Positions 19,901-30,830 of a stretch of DNA of 56,309 nt are shown piece after piece. Source of the DNA: Trichomonas gallinae (taxonomy: Eukaryota); assembly GCA_008369845.1 (NCBI GenBank), contig MRSU01000035.1, forward strand, positions 1-56,309, written 5' to 3'. A model generated the notes under the pieces. It was not told where the DNA came from, made no database searches, and was given only the letters and a program-made list of their open reading frames with translations. Numbering within the stretch: position 1 is the stretch's first letter; each line of letters begins with the position of its first letter. A program made the position numbers and the translations under genes.

Positions 19901-22759
19901 CTCGTCGAATCTTGGATTGAGCAAAACATTTCCAATCGGGACGACGTAATTTGACGAATTTTCACGCGAAAGAGAAGCTCGAAAAACTTCTCTCAGCATT
20001 TTCGGATCCCTTATAACTGTTGACGTGAGCAAAGATATGATCCTGCTCTGTATTAAATTGGAGAATTTATTTTCTGTCGATAAGTCGTTCAGCCACTTAC
20101 TGAAACTAAGAAAAGAATCCGTCCTTTCTAGTGTTGATTTCGATAATAATGTTTTGAGGCAATCTAGGATGGCAACAATTGTCGTCTCGCTGGCTCCTTG
20201 CGATTTCTTTAGCAAATATCCTATGAAACTGTCTAAATGGCCTTCGTGTAAAGTATTTAATGCTCGAGATCCGCCTAAAGAGTAAGAATTCAAGAAATAA
20301 AAGGCCATTTCGTCTAGTATTGAGTTATTCTTCTTTTTCTTCGCCCATTTATGCAGGATTGGCGTTAAAGCTTTCACGAGATTTATATCTTCTTGCAATT
20401 TTTGAGGAAATATTGGCTGCGTTGATATCCTGTATAATACATTGATGAAACTCTCCCAGTGGATGCTTGTTTGCAGCAGAGATTTGTCGGAAATAACAAA
20501 TAACCATTGTTGATAGGGTAATGCTGAGAATGCTATCGCGTAAGACATGTCATCAGCAACTAATTTCATCACTGATGTGATATATGCCCTAGAATAGTCG
20601 TTTGTTTGTGTTGCTAAGGCTAATTTAAATTCGAGACATTTCGGTCCGCCTTCGTCAGGAAGTTGATGTGAAATCTTTTGATCGAAGAGTCTGTTCGTAT
20701 ATTTCTGGCTTCCTTGTGCGATTTTGATGCCTTCTTTAGAAATTTCAATTGAATTGTCATGTTGAAGGACAACTTGCGATAAAGTTATGATGTTATCATC
20801 ATTTATAGCCTCTTTGTCGAGTTTATGAATGACTTCGTGCGCGAATTTGATTACACAGTCGATTGCATCTTGATTTCCATTAATTACATGCTTCAAAAGA
20901 GTTCCATCGAACTTAATCCTGAAGTTTATCCACGATTCAGCTTCAGGCGAGCTCGTTTGGATGATTCTTGTGTTTGGTGATTTATATGGAAGCAAAGCTT
21001 GAATTAGCGAGTCTCCAAACTCCATTAATAGCTTTGTGTTGTTAATATTTGCGTCCAAATACGAAATTGCGAGGTTCAAATATTGAGCTGGAGTCACTAA
21101 AAATGCAATAAACCTTGCTATTGCGTTTTGGGCTTCTTCTAGTTGTATATTTGTTAAGCATATTTGTAGGAACTCTTTGACAGCTTCTGGTTCCTTTTGC
21201 TGAATCATTGGGAAAAGATTCATAATATAAGGAACTTCTGGGCCATTTTCTTGTAGTATTGGAATCATGTACTCCGATATTGTATGAATTGGCGTCGAAA
21301 ATGTCTTAAATGTGTTCATATTCGAAAGTGCTTTTAATATGATGAATCTGACGTATTTGTGATCATCTGCTGGCTTTTCTACAGCCATGACACTGGATGC
21401 GAAGTCGAGCAAAATGTTTGGCGAACGATCTCCAACTGCTCTAAAGAATTCGATAATAATCGACTCATCTTGGAATTCGAAGCGAAATGCGCGGCGTTTT
21501 TCGTTTGTTCCTAGTATATTAGGAAGGAATACTTCGTTAAAAAGATCTCTTATCGATGATTCGGCGATTTCTTTTGGAATTGATTCGAAAAATAAAGGTA
21601 AAAGTTCAAGAATATCTTTTTCTGCTTTTTTGATGAGTTTTGTAAGTGAAATAGCGAAATTATATGAGTATTCTTCTATTAAAAATGGACAAAATGAAAT
21701 TAATTTGCATAAAAATGAATAACAGAAGACTGTGTGTTTTCCTTTCATAGACCATTTCATAACTACACCCCAAATTTCGATAATCAAAGCCTTGAAATCA
21801 TCGCGAACGTGATTTTTCGAATCTACCATTAATTTCTGAATAATTGCAATTAAAGCATCCAGGAATTTCATTCTCAGCACACCACGATCGATTTTCTTTG
21901 ACATATTTATGAATGTTCGCAGAAATTGAAGAGATAAATCTCCTAATTCCGGAGGATGAAAAGAAAAGCTGATATTCACAATGCCATCAACCCATGTAGC
22001 GAAATTCCTGTAATCTATTTCTCTTTTACAAGTTCCAAACTGTTTCCAGAAAACATCGCAAATAATTTGGCATAGTCGTAAATTTGCAGACATCGCGGCG
22101 AGGATTTCACCTGCTGACCTCCTGACCGTATTAGGCTCGTTGTGGTTCATGAATTTGAAGACACTTGAAATAACATTTTCTTCAATTTGATCAAAATTGA
22201 CTTGATTGCTTTTTATTGCCATCAGGAAAAACTTTGACAGGAAAATGAAGACTGAGCATTCGAAAATTTCAAGATCTGTCAGGTTTTCTTGTGCAACAAC
22301 CGCATCTGTATGTAAAGCTTTTGGTTTCTTTTCGTTCGGGTCGTCTATTTCAAATATCGAGAAAATCGCGTGAGTTGTAACTATCATATTAATGAAAACC
22401 CTTGGAAAAATTTGATTTTGATAACATTGAAAGATAATCGATTGAATAGCTTCAATTTCAATTTTCGCCCGCTCTTTATCGTATGTTTTGAAGAGCTCCA
22501 GTGCTTCTTCTAGTGGCAAATTCGCATTTTTTGCTTTGGGTGAATTTAAAAATGAAGGCATCTGCGATTGAATCTGTGAGGATGTCAAACCACTATTCAT
22601 CATGACGTTGGTGATCAACAATTTCGACCAATCAGCGACAAAAATTTTGATTGAATTCTCAAATTCCGACATTTCACAAATTTGATTTTTCACTTTGTAT
22701 CCGGAAAAGACTCGTATAATCGGATGCGATTCTTTGATTAAAAACTTGATTTCATTCAT
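16943..22759 (-). CDS. large HEAT/ARM scaffold; Furry/Tao3/Mor2-like candidate
   Basis: 1938-aa ORF (alternative start 22672). N-terminal motifs AGEILAAMS, HPPELGDLSLQFL and KGKHTVFCYSFLCKL resemble MOR2-PAG1_N; P/Q/S-rich tail. Confidence 0.75.
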   Translation of the reverse strand: MNEIKFLIKESHPIIRVFSGYKVKNQICEMSEFENSIKIFVADWSKLLITNVMMNSGLTSSQIQSQMPSFLNSPKAKNANLPLEEALELFKTYDKERAKIEIEAIQSIIFQCYQNQIFPRVFINMIVTTHAIFSIFEIDDPNEKKPKALHTDAVVAQENLTDLEIFECSVFIFLSKFFLMAIKSNQVNFDQIEENVISSVFKFMNHNEPNTVRRSAGEILAAMSANLRLCQIICDVFWKQFGTCKREIDYRNFATWVDGIVNISFSFHPPELGDLSLQFLRTFINMSKKIDRGVLRMKFLDALIAIIQKLMVDSKNHVRDDFKALIIEIWGVVMKWSMKGKHTVFCYSFLCKLISFCPFLIEEYSYNFAISLTKLIKKAEKDILELLPLFFESIPKEIAESSIRDLFNEVFLPNILGTNEKRRAFRFEFQDESIIIEFFRAVGDRSPNILLDFASSVMAVEKPADDHKYVRFIILKALSNMNTFKTFSTPIHTISEYMIPILQENGPEVPYIMNLFPMIQQKEPEAVKEFLQICLTNIQLEEAQNAIARFIAFLVTPAQYLNLAISYLDANINNTKLLMEFGDSLIQALLPYKSPNTRIIQTSSPEAESWINFRIKFDGTLLKHVINGNQDAIDCVIKFAHEVIHKLDKEAINDDNIITLSQVVLQHDNSIEISKEGIKIAQGSQKYTNRLFDQKISHQLPDEGGPKCLEFKLALATQTNDYSRAYITSVMKLVADDMSYAIAFSALPYQQWLFVISDKSLLQTSIHWESFINVLYRISTQPIFPQKLQEDINLVKALTPILHKWAKKKKNNSILDEMAFYFLNSYSLGGSRALNTLHEGHLDSFIGYLLKKSQGASETTIVAILDCLKTLLSKSTLERTDSFLSFSKWLNDLSTENKFSNLIQSRIISLLTSTVIRDPKMLREVFRASLSRENSSNYVVPIGNVLLNPRFDELYNCGRSIILASIIAHIDNPDEISRQATFKLIFLCGRKNFFKGDIHETEIVVSSLESYGYVHQAKHFIEYMCNSASDVDLKGCIMLIAEDFAFFEDSQERVIPNVAPLVRRMAHDSGTLTQLLNMTTRVRQDSTSIATAMKKLWYDYFEISNEYFLARQVFQYATIFSPKSPEVSASAHVLASVFTIKPKEVAGVLIPVLSKFDRRCPKDLEEFKKYAKKDDVDFAVTTKEIVAACALSDILFQLESIDLFKELILPYLAPLVFFAVIEYHAENMEVPGFHPLLDAIIDACLLRLVAPKENFTANLEKLQQANLIKRAASLLPQNSVILEQNVKQVLCYDHAAVTTICQLMKQVDEHFVSKYFEIVFANSVRASKNERSMEPMVMLMAFSDELTTRTVYLLNIFILECLGSHRDELLDPIIDVLHDRLLSGDLDMESFKDEVPPTLCSLITIISTDTVRGLPMVAMKLITDLVVKSISRNVVEIIADRMKKFIDSINGDEFVASIFVPHVQESSSFADDAVVAASKALICLSYLLGEKSYCGLFGKLIENTRMFLDKYADGKEEENDENTAEKFICNLVNDVPDMIGNIIDFCLALLTTFSCNDLYIDTLAFDFLASALKNGKPELSESRVQDISLLAFMLPMNGDAKLIPAASKAMFNLVSLYPDNHICIDILDFSPKFTVVTRKPINGWKRVDTRVIDREKLPVVEFMNIESVQDIVDILSSALASAQLKELSEDDLKTWEPDFNKVDKEVNSHSSNYKSGEGPMEETFYSRSFSEVSSSNIFNKMRQEMYETAEDITFNQPPPPPKDLSEEDDYNSLKVDGHNFIFDAPPPYSGNIYESLSKDSELSSSSFDSLKIYNIFPPSEMTGNPLNTQPAVHAQPMPNNESNIATTLPYQNPPLSTDVAFQQGSSVSTTERMQPSNQQLYITPPMQPTLATEERQQSVIVPPNPPQYISSQPEETPQDDESSSDLVLSSDSSDEIFT

Positions 22760-23739
22760 TAAGAAAATAAAAGTGACAATGAAATATACGGGCGTGAAAT
22801 TTTCCTGAATTTATCGTATAATTGTTTTATTAGCTATTACTGAATATATTTCGCATTCTATTTTTTGAATTGAAAATTATCGTCGACGATAATCTGAAAT
22901 ATTGCAATAAGGATGTGTTTATAATTATAATTACAATGATATTTTAAAATTGAATTTTGTCATGTAAATATAATATTGACATGTAAAATGACATATTCCA
23001 TAATAACGAAAATCGGGTAAATTACTCATAATTGGATATGCATAACATTGGTAAAAGAATATACATTGGGGTTTATAGTAATCATCGTTTTTATTGGAAT
23101 CAACATGACATTATTCGAATAAAGTGAATTTGGAATAATGCTATAATTTGGAATTAGGTCGAGCAAGAATATGTTAATTTAGAATTATGTAGGATCTTCT
23201 AAGCGAGAATTCAAATGACTTTTAAGTTTTGGTTTCATATTTCGATAAGATTGTAATTTTGATTACTTTAAAGTTTGACAAATGCCACATGAATATATGC
23301 CTCATAACCGGTTAATTTTTACAAAATTTAGAGAAAATACCAAAATATATAAAATTTCGTATTTATTATCTTAAAACCATTCTATACCAAATTTTTGTCA
23401 GATTTACAACTAAAACTATTCATATAATTGATAAAAATATATTATTATCGTTGATATCTCCTCAAATTTAATATCAAATTCACGATTTTTTGCATTGAAG
23501 CAACTAAACTTAGAAAAATTTGGGCTAATATTCGATACAATATGAATAATCTCAGATATTATTTCATATTAATGCATAAAGAAAAATTTCAAAAAAATAT
23601 TTTTGACAAAGACTATAGATTGGGCGTAACTTAAGTCGGAGATGATTGTATTCGGTCTTGTTCTAAGAAATCTATGATTAAAAAGTTTTAATGACAATAA
23701 TTTATAGAAACTTTAAAATGAATAAATTATGTATTGTAT

Positions 23740-24069
23740 TTAAGCTTTCTTGACTATAGCCGGAGTATCTTTCTTAAATCCGGTCATATATTTACGCATA
23801 ACTCTATCAAGTGCCAATTGAAAATCAACTACTTCGCTTGGGGAAACAATCGTAGATACTTTAACGCTGTTGCCATCTGTTGCACGAACTAATAACATTG
23901 GGGCGCCTTTTTCTGGAACCTTTGGGAGAGTTTTGATTGGACCTTTTCCGCTCTTCTTGACTGAGTATTTTCCGTTGAAATGCTTGTAGGTTATGTAAAC
24001 AGAGCTTCGTTTGCTCTCGTATAAATCGCTGAGTTGTTTGATAAAGTCTTTAGGAGAAAGCTTGACCAT
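23740..24069 (-). CDS. SRP14: signal recognition particle 14 kDa protein
   Basis: MVKLS..DFIKQL..LYE, SVYITYK, LLVRATDG...KVSTIV, M.GFKK. AAAGTGAC (M2) lies in the leader. Confidence 0.9.
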   Translation of the reverse strand: MVKLSPKDFIKQLSDLYESKRSSVYITYKHFNGKYSVKKSGKGPIKTLPKVPEKGAPMLLVRATDGNSVKVSTIVSPSEVVDFQLALDRVMRKYMTGFKKDTPAIVKKA

Positions 24070-24129
24070 TTTTAATGCTGTCACTTTTAGGTTGAGGAAA
24101 TGTCATTCTGACATATATTAATTTTCATG

Positions 24130-24330
24130 ACATTGTGACATGTAAAGTCAAAAATTGTATTCAAATGGCATGTAAAGTCTAAAAACTTGACGCGTAAAGT
24201 TCGAAAAATTATATAAAAATATCCTTCTGACATGTAATATTTTATTAACTGACGTGTAAAGTCAGAAAATTACCAAAAAGTGCTTTCTGACATGTAATAT
24301 TTTAAAACTGACTTGTAAAGTCGGAATAAT
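24130..24330. repeat. ~60-bp degenerate tandem repeat carrying multiple TGACRYGTAA motifs
   Basis: ctgacatgtaatatttt at ~24227 and ~24287; tgac(gc/gt/tt)gtaaagt at ~24188, ~24250 and ~24309. Confidence 0.75.
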
Positions 24331-24586
24331 TCTAATTCTAAGAAGATCTTTCTTCCTTTACGATATTTAACACAATTATCTCCTGAGTTAATCTTTCTTT
24401 TACTAATTTTAATGATTTGACTTGTGAATCGATATCATTAAATTTTTGAAAGACGACTATAAATTGAAACTTGGAAATTCCATTCGTATTTGTTATCTTT
24501 CTCAATACTCTGTTTACAAAGCAATAATACTATATATGATTGTATTGTTAAAAAAAATAGATTAGTATTAAAACATACATGATTAT

Positions 24587-27500
24587 TTAGTCTTTCATTA
24601 TTAAAGCAAGATAAGAAACACTTGATTCCATTCTGGAATGGATATCGCTGAACTGAATCATTTGGCCAGATGCTGACTGGAAGAAATCAATTATGTGAGA
24701 CTCTCTGACGATGTCTTTGATGTCGAATTGGCCTGTGATTGTATTGATTAGGTTGACCGATTGGACAAGAATCTCTGGGTACTGCAGCTCAGGCACTGAT
24801 AGCTGCTCCAAAAGAGTCAAAATCAGGAACCTGTGGAAGTTCTTAACCAAATTCACTTCAACTCTGTTGAATAATTCCAAGACCAAAAAAACAGTCTTTG
24901 GATCTTCTTTTGCGTTAATCAGTGGCAAAATGTTGTACTGGAGGTCAGCCGTCTGGAATGCTTCTGGAGATGTGTTGCTGATAGCAATCATTGTCTGAAG
25001 AACCAGATGCTTCGAATTCATCGAGTCAACCAAATCCTGCATAAGGCAGGAAATGATTAATGATGCCTGTGGAATCTTTTCTCCGAATTTTGACACATTA
25101 ATTAAGATTGTCATTCCTGTCTGCGTTTCGCTGCAGTTTGGACTCAGGAAGTACTGCACGAAAACAGGCAAAATACCGAAGTCTCGAATAACAGAAAATC
25201 CAGTCCTGTGGAATGAAAGAGTACCAATGATTTTCAATGCATATGTTGCAAGCTTTTGGTCATTCAATGCGCTCATCAAAAGCTTCAGAGCACCGTCGGA
25301 TATTGTCGCCTTCTTCGTGAATTCTTCTGATACAAACAAAGCCGCGAAGATCATTAATCTCTGCCTTTCGTATCCTTGTATCTGTAGTAAGTCATTGAGA
25401 ATCGGATGATTGACAATAAGAAGAGGAACGGATTTGTACGTAATCAGCATGTAGAGGATCATGAGTGCTGACTCTCTAGACGCGTCACGCTTGAGAAGGT
25501 TCTGAAGGTCATCGAAAACGTGTATGTCTTTGATGATTTCTTCGATATCTGATGGTTTGACCATTTGCAGCATCTTAAGAATGACAGAGTGAGTTCTTGT
25601 GCTCTTCAGGAAGGCTCTGAATAATGTTGGAATGCAGCCAGAGCCAACTCTGTCGACAATGAATGTCTGGAAATCAGCTGGAATGTCGAATGTTCCACTG
25701 AGAAGCGATATGAAAAGAGATGAATCTTTCAAGTCGTCTAAAATGAATGGAATTATTTTGACAATTGAGTCTACAGTGTGCTGATCATGAACTTTACTGA
25801 CATTTTGAGCTGTTAAAAAGGATGAAATATCATTATGATATTTTTGGCATGTTTCTGAGCCAAATCGGGCCAAGAGTTGTATTGAATGGCAAGCAGTCTC
25901 AAAATCATCCTTGTGAAGAGCATCGACAACGAATTGTTGGAAAAATTCAAATTGTGGTAAAAGTCTTTCTGGAACCTTGAGCGCGTATTTAATCGAGAAT
26001 ATAAGGTTAGTATCCTTCAAACCCTTAATAGTTTCGATTGCTTGTGGAATAACTTTATCATATTCTTCATCTTCCAATAAAAATGAAGATAAGTAAAGTC
26101 TTCGTTCAGGTGATGGCATTTCTGGTCTGAAGAAGTCGAGAATCTTTTGATTAATCAAAAATTGCCTTGTTTCAATTGACATATCTTTTGTAATGAAGTC
26201 TACGACTGAATTGAAGTTGGGATTCGCAGGTTCATGGAGTACTTGAGCGATATACTTCAAATTGAGCGGGGGCTCGTCAGAATCTGCATATAACATTTTA
26301 ACTTCTGTAATTGGTGGGCAATTCTCGAAATATATGTGGCCTGACTCGAACTGTTTGACAATCTCCTTGAATGAAGGTCTTTCTGCTGGATTTTGCGACC
26401 AAGATTTCACAATCAGTTGTCTTAAGCCATCTGGCATTACTTTAGGCATCTTTAACCTCAGTCCTCTCTTAACGACATGTTCCACGATATCAGTTTGGCA
26501 TTTGTTTTGATATGGAATATTTGTTGTCTGCATTTCCCAAAGAATAACAGCATACGAATATACATCGCAAGATTCGTTATATTTCTTGTGTCCTAAAACT
26601 TCTGGTGCTGTGTAGTGCGGTGTTCCAACACCACCTGTTAATTCCTTTACACCATCTGTCATTAAGCCGCATAGACCGAAATCACAGATAATTGCAGCAT
26701 CATGGTTATCAAGGATAACGTTTAGCGACTTCAAATCTCTGTGAACGACGCCGATTGAGTGTAAGTATTCCATACCTTTCGCAATTTGATAAGCGACTCT
26801 TGTCATTTGTAGTGGCGTCAACACTGTTGTTGGGCGATGGATTCTGTCGAATAACGACTTGCCTGGACAGTATCTCGTAAGAATTCGATACGGTTTTTTG
26901 TTGTAAATACCTGTGAGTTCGATTACATGACGGTGTTTCAGTTTAGACATGACAGATATTTCAGAGAACAGTGTAGAAAGGCCACCCATCGTAATTTTAT
27001 CTTCCTTGATTTCCTTGATCGCCATATATTCGCCTGTCGACAAGATTGTGCCAAGGAAAACGTTGCCAAATCCTCCATTTCCTAATGTTGATTCGACTTT
27101 GATGTTATTAGGCTCAATATTCATGTATCGGAATATGTTAAGTGCTTCTTCTAAACGCGCAGTAATGTAATTAACATCGTTAACGACACTCATTGGGTTC
27201 TTCATTGAGATTGAATGTCTGTGTTTCTTTGGAATATTCATGCGTAAAGAATATAATCTTTCTTCTATAAGTTGCTGCAGATCAACAGCATTTGTTTTAC
27301 TGAGTGTTTCTGCTTTGAAGTCGAGGAGTTTGTCTTTGTAGAAATTGAAATCAGAAATCTTGTTTGCCAAGTTCTGATTTTCATCAAATTGGATTAGTGA
27401 ACTTCCATCTAGATCTAACTGACCGCAAATTTCAGCAAGGTTCTTGCGTGTCATATCTACAGTTTCTGTAATGGATGAAACCTTCATGTTAATCATTTTC

Positions 27501-27769
27501 TCTGTCCAATTTTCTCCAAAATTCGATAATAAGTCTAGTAATGAATTCATCAGTGCCAAATAACGTTCCAATGCACGCTGGTGAACTTTTGTGCATTGCT
27601 GTTTCCTTAGTGGTTGAATTGCATTAGAAAATGCTTTAACTTGAAGCAACAAATATGCAATGGAGGCCCTAAATATCACTATCTTCTGTGCAGTGGCAAA
27701 TAAGGTCGATGTAACTTTATTGCACTGTTGGAATAAACTTTCTTGCTCTGCTTCCTCCATTTTTGACAT
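24587..27769 (-). CDS. TKL-family protein kinase with helical N-terminal domain and ARM-like C-terminus
   Basis: GNGGFGNV, MAIK, HRDLKSLN, DFG and GTPHYTAPE are all intact. Confidence 0.95.
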   Translation of the reverse strand: MSKMEEAEQESLFQQCNKVTSTLFATAQKIVIFRASIAYLLLQVKAFSNAIQPLRKQQCTKVHQRALERYLALMNSLLDLLSNFGENWTEKMINMKVSSITETVDMTRKNLAEICGQLDLDGSSLIQFDENQNLANKISDFNFYKDKLLDFKAETLSKTNAVDLQQLIEERLYSLRMNIPKKHRHSISMKNPMSVVNDVNYITARLEEALNIFRYMNIEPNNIKVESTLGNGGFGNVFLGTILSTGEYMAIKEIKEDKITMGGLSTLFSEISVMSKLKHRHVIELTGIYNKKPYRILTRYCPGKSLFDRIHRPTTVLTPLQMTRVAYQIAKGMEYLHSIGVVHRDLKSLNVILDNHDAAIICDFGLCGLMTDGVKELTGGVGTPHYTAPEVLGHKKYNESCDVYSYAVILWEMQTTNIPYQNKCQTDIVEHVVKRGLRLKMPKVMPDGLRQLIVKSWSQNPAERPSFKEIVKQFESGHIYFENCPPITEVKMLYADSDEPPLNLKYIAQVLHEPANPNFNSVVDFITKDMSIETRQFLINQKILDFFRPEMPSPERRLYLSSFLLEDEEYDKVIPQAIETIKGLKDTNLIFSIKYALKVPERLLPQFEFFQQFVVDALHKDDFETACHSIQLLARFGSETCQKYHNDISSFLTAQNVSKVHDQHTVDSIVKIIPFILDDLKDSSLFISLLSGTFDIPADFQTFIVDRVGSGCIPTLFRAFLKSTRTHSVILKMLQMVKPSDIEEIIKDIHVFDDLQNLLKRDASRESALMILYMLITYKSVPLLIVNHPILNDLLQIQGYERQRLMIFAALFVSEEFTKKATISDGALKLLMSALNDQKLATYALKIIGTLSFHRTGFSVIRDFGILPVFVQYFLSPNCSETQTGMTILINVSKFGEKIPQASLIISCLMQDLVDSMNSKHLVLQTMIAISNTSPEAFQTADLQYNILPLINAKEDPKTVFLVLELFNRVEVNLVKNFHRFLILTLLEQLSVPELQYPEILVQSVNLINTITGQFDIKDIVRESHIIDFFQSASGQMIQFSDIHSRMESSVSYLALIMKD

Positions 27770-29272
27770 GATGTAAATAATTTAAAAATAAAATAAAATT
27801 GTTATGCAAATATGTGTCTAATTATATTTATTATTTTTCAGATTTCCTCCATTCAATTTTATTTTTGATAATTTCTGTTAGTTTATATATTATCTATTAT
27901 TTTATTAATTTCGCTGAACGTTAAAAATACACAAAAATTGTAATTTTTCAAACATAAATTAAATTACTCCTATTAATCTAATTTGCAATATACCAATAGA
28001 ATAATTTTTTCAATTTGAATGAAATAAATCTCAAAAATTTATCATTACATATTATAATACCTTATTTGTAAAAACATTTGAATTGACGATAATTTTTCAT
28101 ATAAAATATAAGTCTTTCAAATTTATTTTTATGATTTTATACTTAATATTATATTATTATTAACATTGATTTAAATCCTAATTGAAAATTTAACGATAAT
28201 TTCCCTCATAAATTTTAGCTATTCAATTTTTTATTTGATATTATCAACACTAATACTGTAGTTTACAATTCATACAATGACGATAAAATTTTTCAATTTT
28301 GTAAACATTTTATCTCTTAATATTTATAATAACCATAGAATATCTACCTAAATTTATTTTATTTATAATCCGCACTTTTATTCTTGATGTAAAGAGTTAT
28401 TTGTCTAATGCTATATTAAAATCTTTTAAATGATGACTGTATGCATTTAACGGAAGCGATAACTCTCAATAATCCTTATTTTTTTGATTTTCATAATTGG
28501 AAAGGAATCAAAACAGCAATGGCGCTATATATTTTATAATTCAATTGGGTGTACGGGAGCATTCAACATGATTATACAGATTCAATCGCGAAATTAGTTT
28601 AATTTTATATCCCCAAATCAACTAAAGCACTTCTTAAGTTATGTGCTTAAGTTATAGCTTAAGTTTTACTACCAATATATTGTTCAAACGAACTTGTAAC
28701 TAAATTTTATAAATTTATAAATCAGATTATTATCCAAACGAATTCAAAGAAAGATACTATTGAAAGTGAAACTTTGTTGACTTAATTTGCAACACTGTCT
28801 TCCAAATCATATTTTCGATTATTTTAAAATATGAAGCGAAAATGATTGAGTTATAATATCAATGAAGATAATTATAGAGACAAAAATCAATGTATCACAA
28901 CAGAATAATAAATTGACAATTTCGTAGAGGAAATCGAATAGAAGAACAATGAAAATTGATGAATTCAAGTTCATTATTATGTAGTTGACGAATATAAAGA
29001 ATATATAGACATAAATAATGAAAATGAACAAAAAAATTATCAAATTGAGCCCAAATCTTCATCCAATAATCTTTCGTACATCAAATGAGAAGGTTATGAT
29101 TAAGTAATCTAAACATATATAGTGTCATATTTATTCTTTTGCATGAGTATATAACATCACACATGTTGTTGGTAGTATTATAGATAATGAATATTTTTGA
29201 CTTGTAATTTATTTTATGACATGTAAAATACAAAAACTTGTTATGTAAACCAAATAAGGTTCTACACTTTTC

Positions 29273-29764
29273 ATGAGTAACAAAAAGCTTCCAGCTTTTC
29301 CTGCGTCAAAAATTAAGGAAATAATCACACAAGATCCCGATTTAAAGGATATACCAAAGAAAGGAATCGAGATGCTTCGCATTGCCGCAGAAGAATTCGC
29401 AAGATATACTTTTAATAAAATTTCAGAAGAAACTAAGAAGAAAGGACAGACAAAAATGCAATCACAGCACTTTCTTGCTGCTATTAATAATGACCCTGCA
29501 TTGAATGCTATACTTGGACAGTTTATTATCAGTGCTGATGAAGAAACTGAACAACTACAACAGAATGCTGATGAAAATGAAGAAACCAACGAAGTAGAAG
29601 AAATTAATCAAGAAGAAAATGAGAATCCAGATAATGAACAAGAAGAACCTGAAAACGATGGAAATGACATACTCAGTAATGATGAGGAAGAGGATTATCA
29701 CAGTAAGAATCCGTCAATGCATGCAAGTGAGCAAGTTTCAGATCTTGAAAATGATGACCTGTGA
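29273..29764 (+). CDS. histone-fold protein (NC2-alpha/DRAP1/NF-YC-like) with acidic tail
   Basis: FPASKIKEIITQDPD...AAEEF...HFLAAINND matches the H2A-like CBFD_NFYB_HMF fold pattern. Confidence 0.8.
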   Translation: MSNKKLPAFPASKIKEIITQDPDLKDIPKKGIEMLRIAAEEFARYTFNKISEETKKKGQTKMQSQHFLAAINNDPALNAILGQFIISADEETEQLQQNADENEETNEVEEINQEENENPDNEQEEPENDGNDILSNDEEEDYHSKNPSMHASEQVSDLENDDL

Positions 29765-30074
29765 AGAAATTCATTGTTTGCGTAATGCATTTACAATATA
29801 TTGTTCAGATTTAGCCACTAATATCCTCAGTATCAGTTTTTTTGCACAAAAAATTTCCACAATAAGTTTTTTTGTTATTAATTTATTCGAGACCATAATC
29901 AATTGTTATATAATAAAGCTTATATTAATTCTGTCGCTTCCAATTTAAGATTTTTATCGCTAATCAATATTTTATTATCGAAATTCACAAATTTTTCATT
30001 ACAATTTCATTTAAAAATGCAAAACAAACTACAATAAGCTATATACTTGTAATATTCCGAGTTTTATATTTTAT

Positions 30075-30443
30075 TTAAAGATTGGATGCAGAGAGATACT
30101 GAGCAACCTTAGCAACATTAGCAGAAAGAGCGGCTGGGACGAAGGCACCATCTGTGAAACCACCGACGATGAGTGTCTTTGTCTTCTGGAGGACGACAGC
30201 CTTTGTTCCCTTCATAGCGAAGACCATTTCGGCGTTAGCCTGGTTGCAGACGTACTTCTCACCACCATAGAAGAAGCCTGCGAGAGCTGGTGATGGTTCA
30301 GCGAAGTATGTGGTGTATTTCATAAGCTCATCTTGAGTAGCTTTCCATTGGCCCTCAGAAGCGCATAATGCACCCTGCTGTGTGAAAATAGCGCAACCAG
30401 AGGACTGTGTCTTAAGTGTAACAAGCTGGTCGTTCCAAGACAT
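30075..30443 (-). CDS. profilin
   Basis: MSWND.LV, CAIF, GFFYGGEKY, QKTKTLIVG, VAQYL; 122 aa with highly biased codon usage. Confidence 0.92.
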   Translation of the reverse strand: MSWNDQLVTLKTQSSGCAIFTQQGALCASEGQWKATQDELMKYTTYFAEPSPALAGFFYGGEKYVCNQANAEMVFAMKGTKAVVLQKTKTLIVGGFTDGAFVPAALSANVAKVAQYLSASNL

Positions 30444-30559
30444 TCACCAAAAATGAACTGACAGATGAAGTGTTCGAATGTATCAAATTTCTTGTTTTGT
30501 CGGATGTTAATCGCTCATAAATAAGAAATCACTTATTATCAATAAAATCCATTTTTATC

Positions 30560-30830
30560 AAACTTTTTATAAATGCAAAAATTTTCACGTAATTATGCAA
30601 TACATGCTATTTTATATTCTTTTTTCGAAATTTAAATTTAACGTATTTTTTCTCAAAGCTTCAGAATTTTTAAGAAATTATGCAATATATGATATTTCAG
30701 ACATATTTTCGATTTAAAAAAATTAACGTATTTTTATAAAATTTCAAAAATTTCTACGAATTTATAAAATATATATGATTTTAAATAGTTTAAATTTAAA
30801 AAATTAACGTATTTCTTCTAAAAGTTTCAA
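30560..30830. repeat. degenerate ~82-bp repeat upstream of profilin
   Basis: ttaacgtattt recurs at ~30637, ~30723 and ~30804 with similar flanks. Confidence 0.55.

Noticed and set aside
28819..29043. Hydrophobic 74-aa ORF and similar small AT-rich ORFs (31145-31378, 45991-46203, 53625-53813)
   Set aside because: I/F/L/N-rich translations expected by chance from AT-rich spacer DNA.
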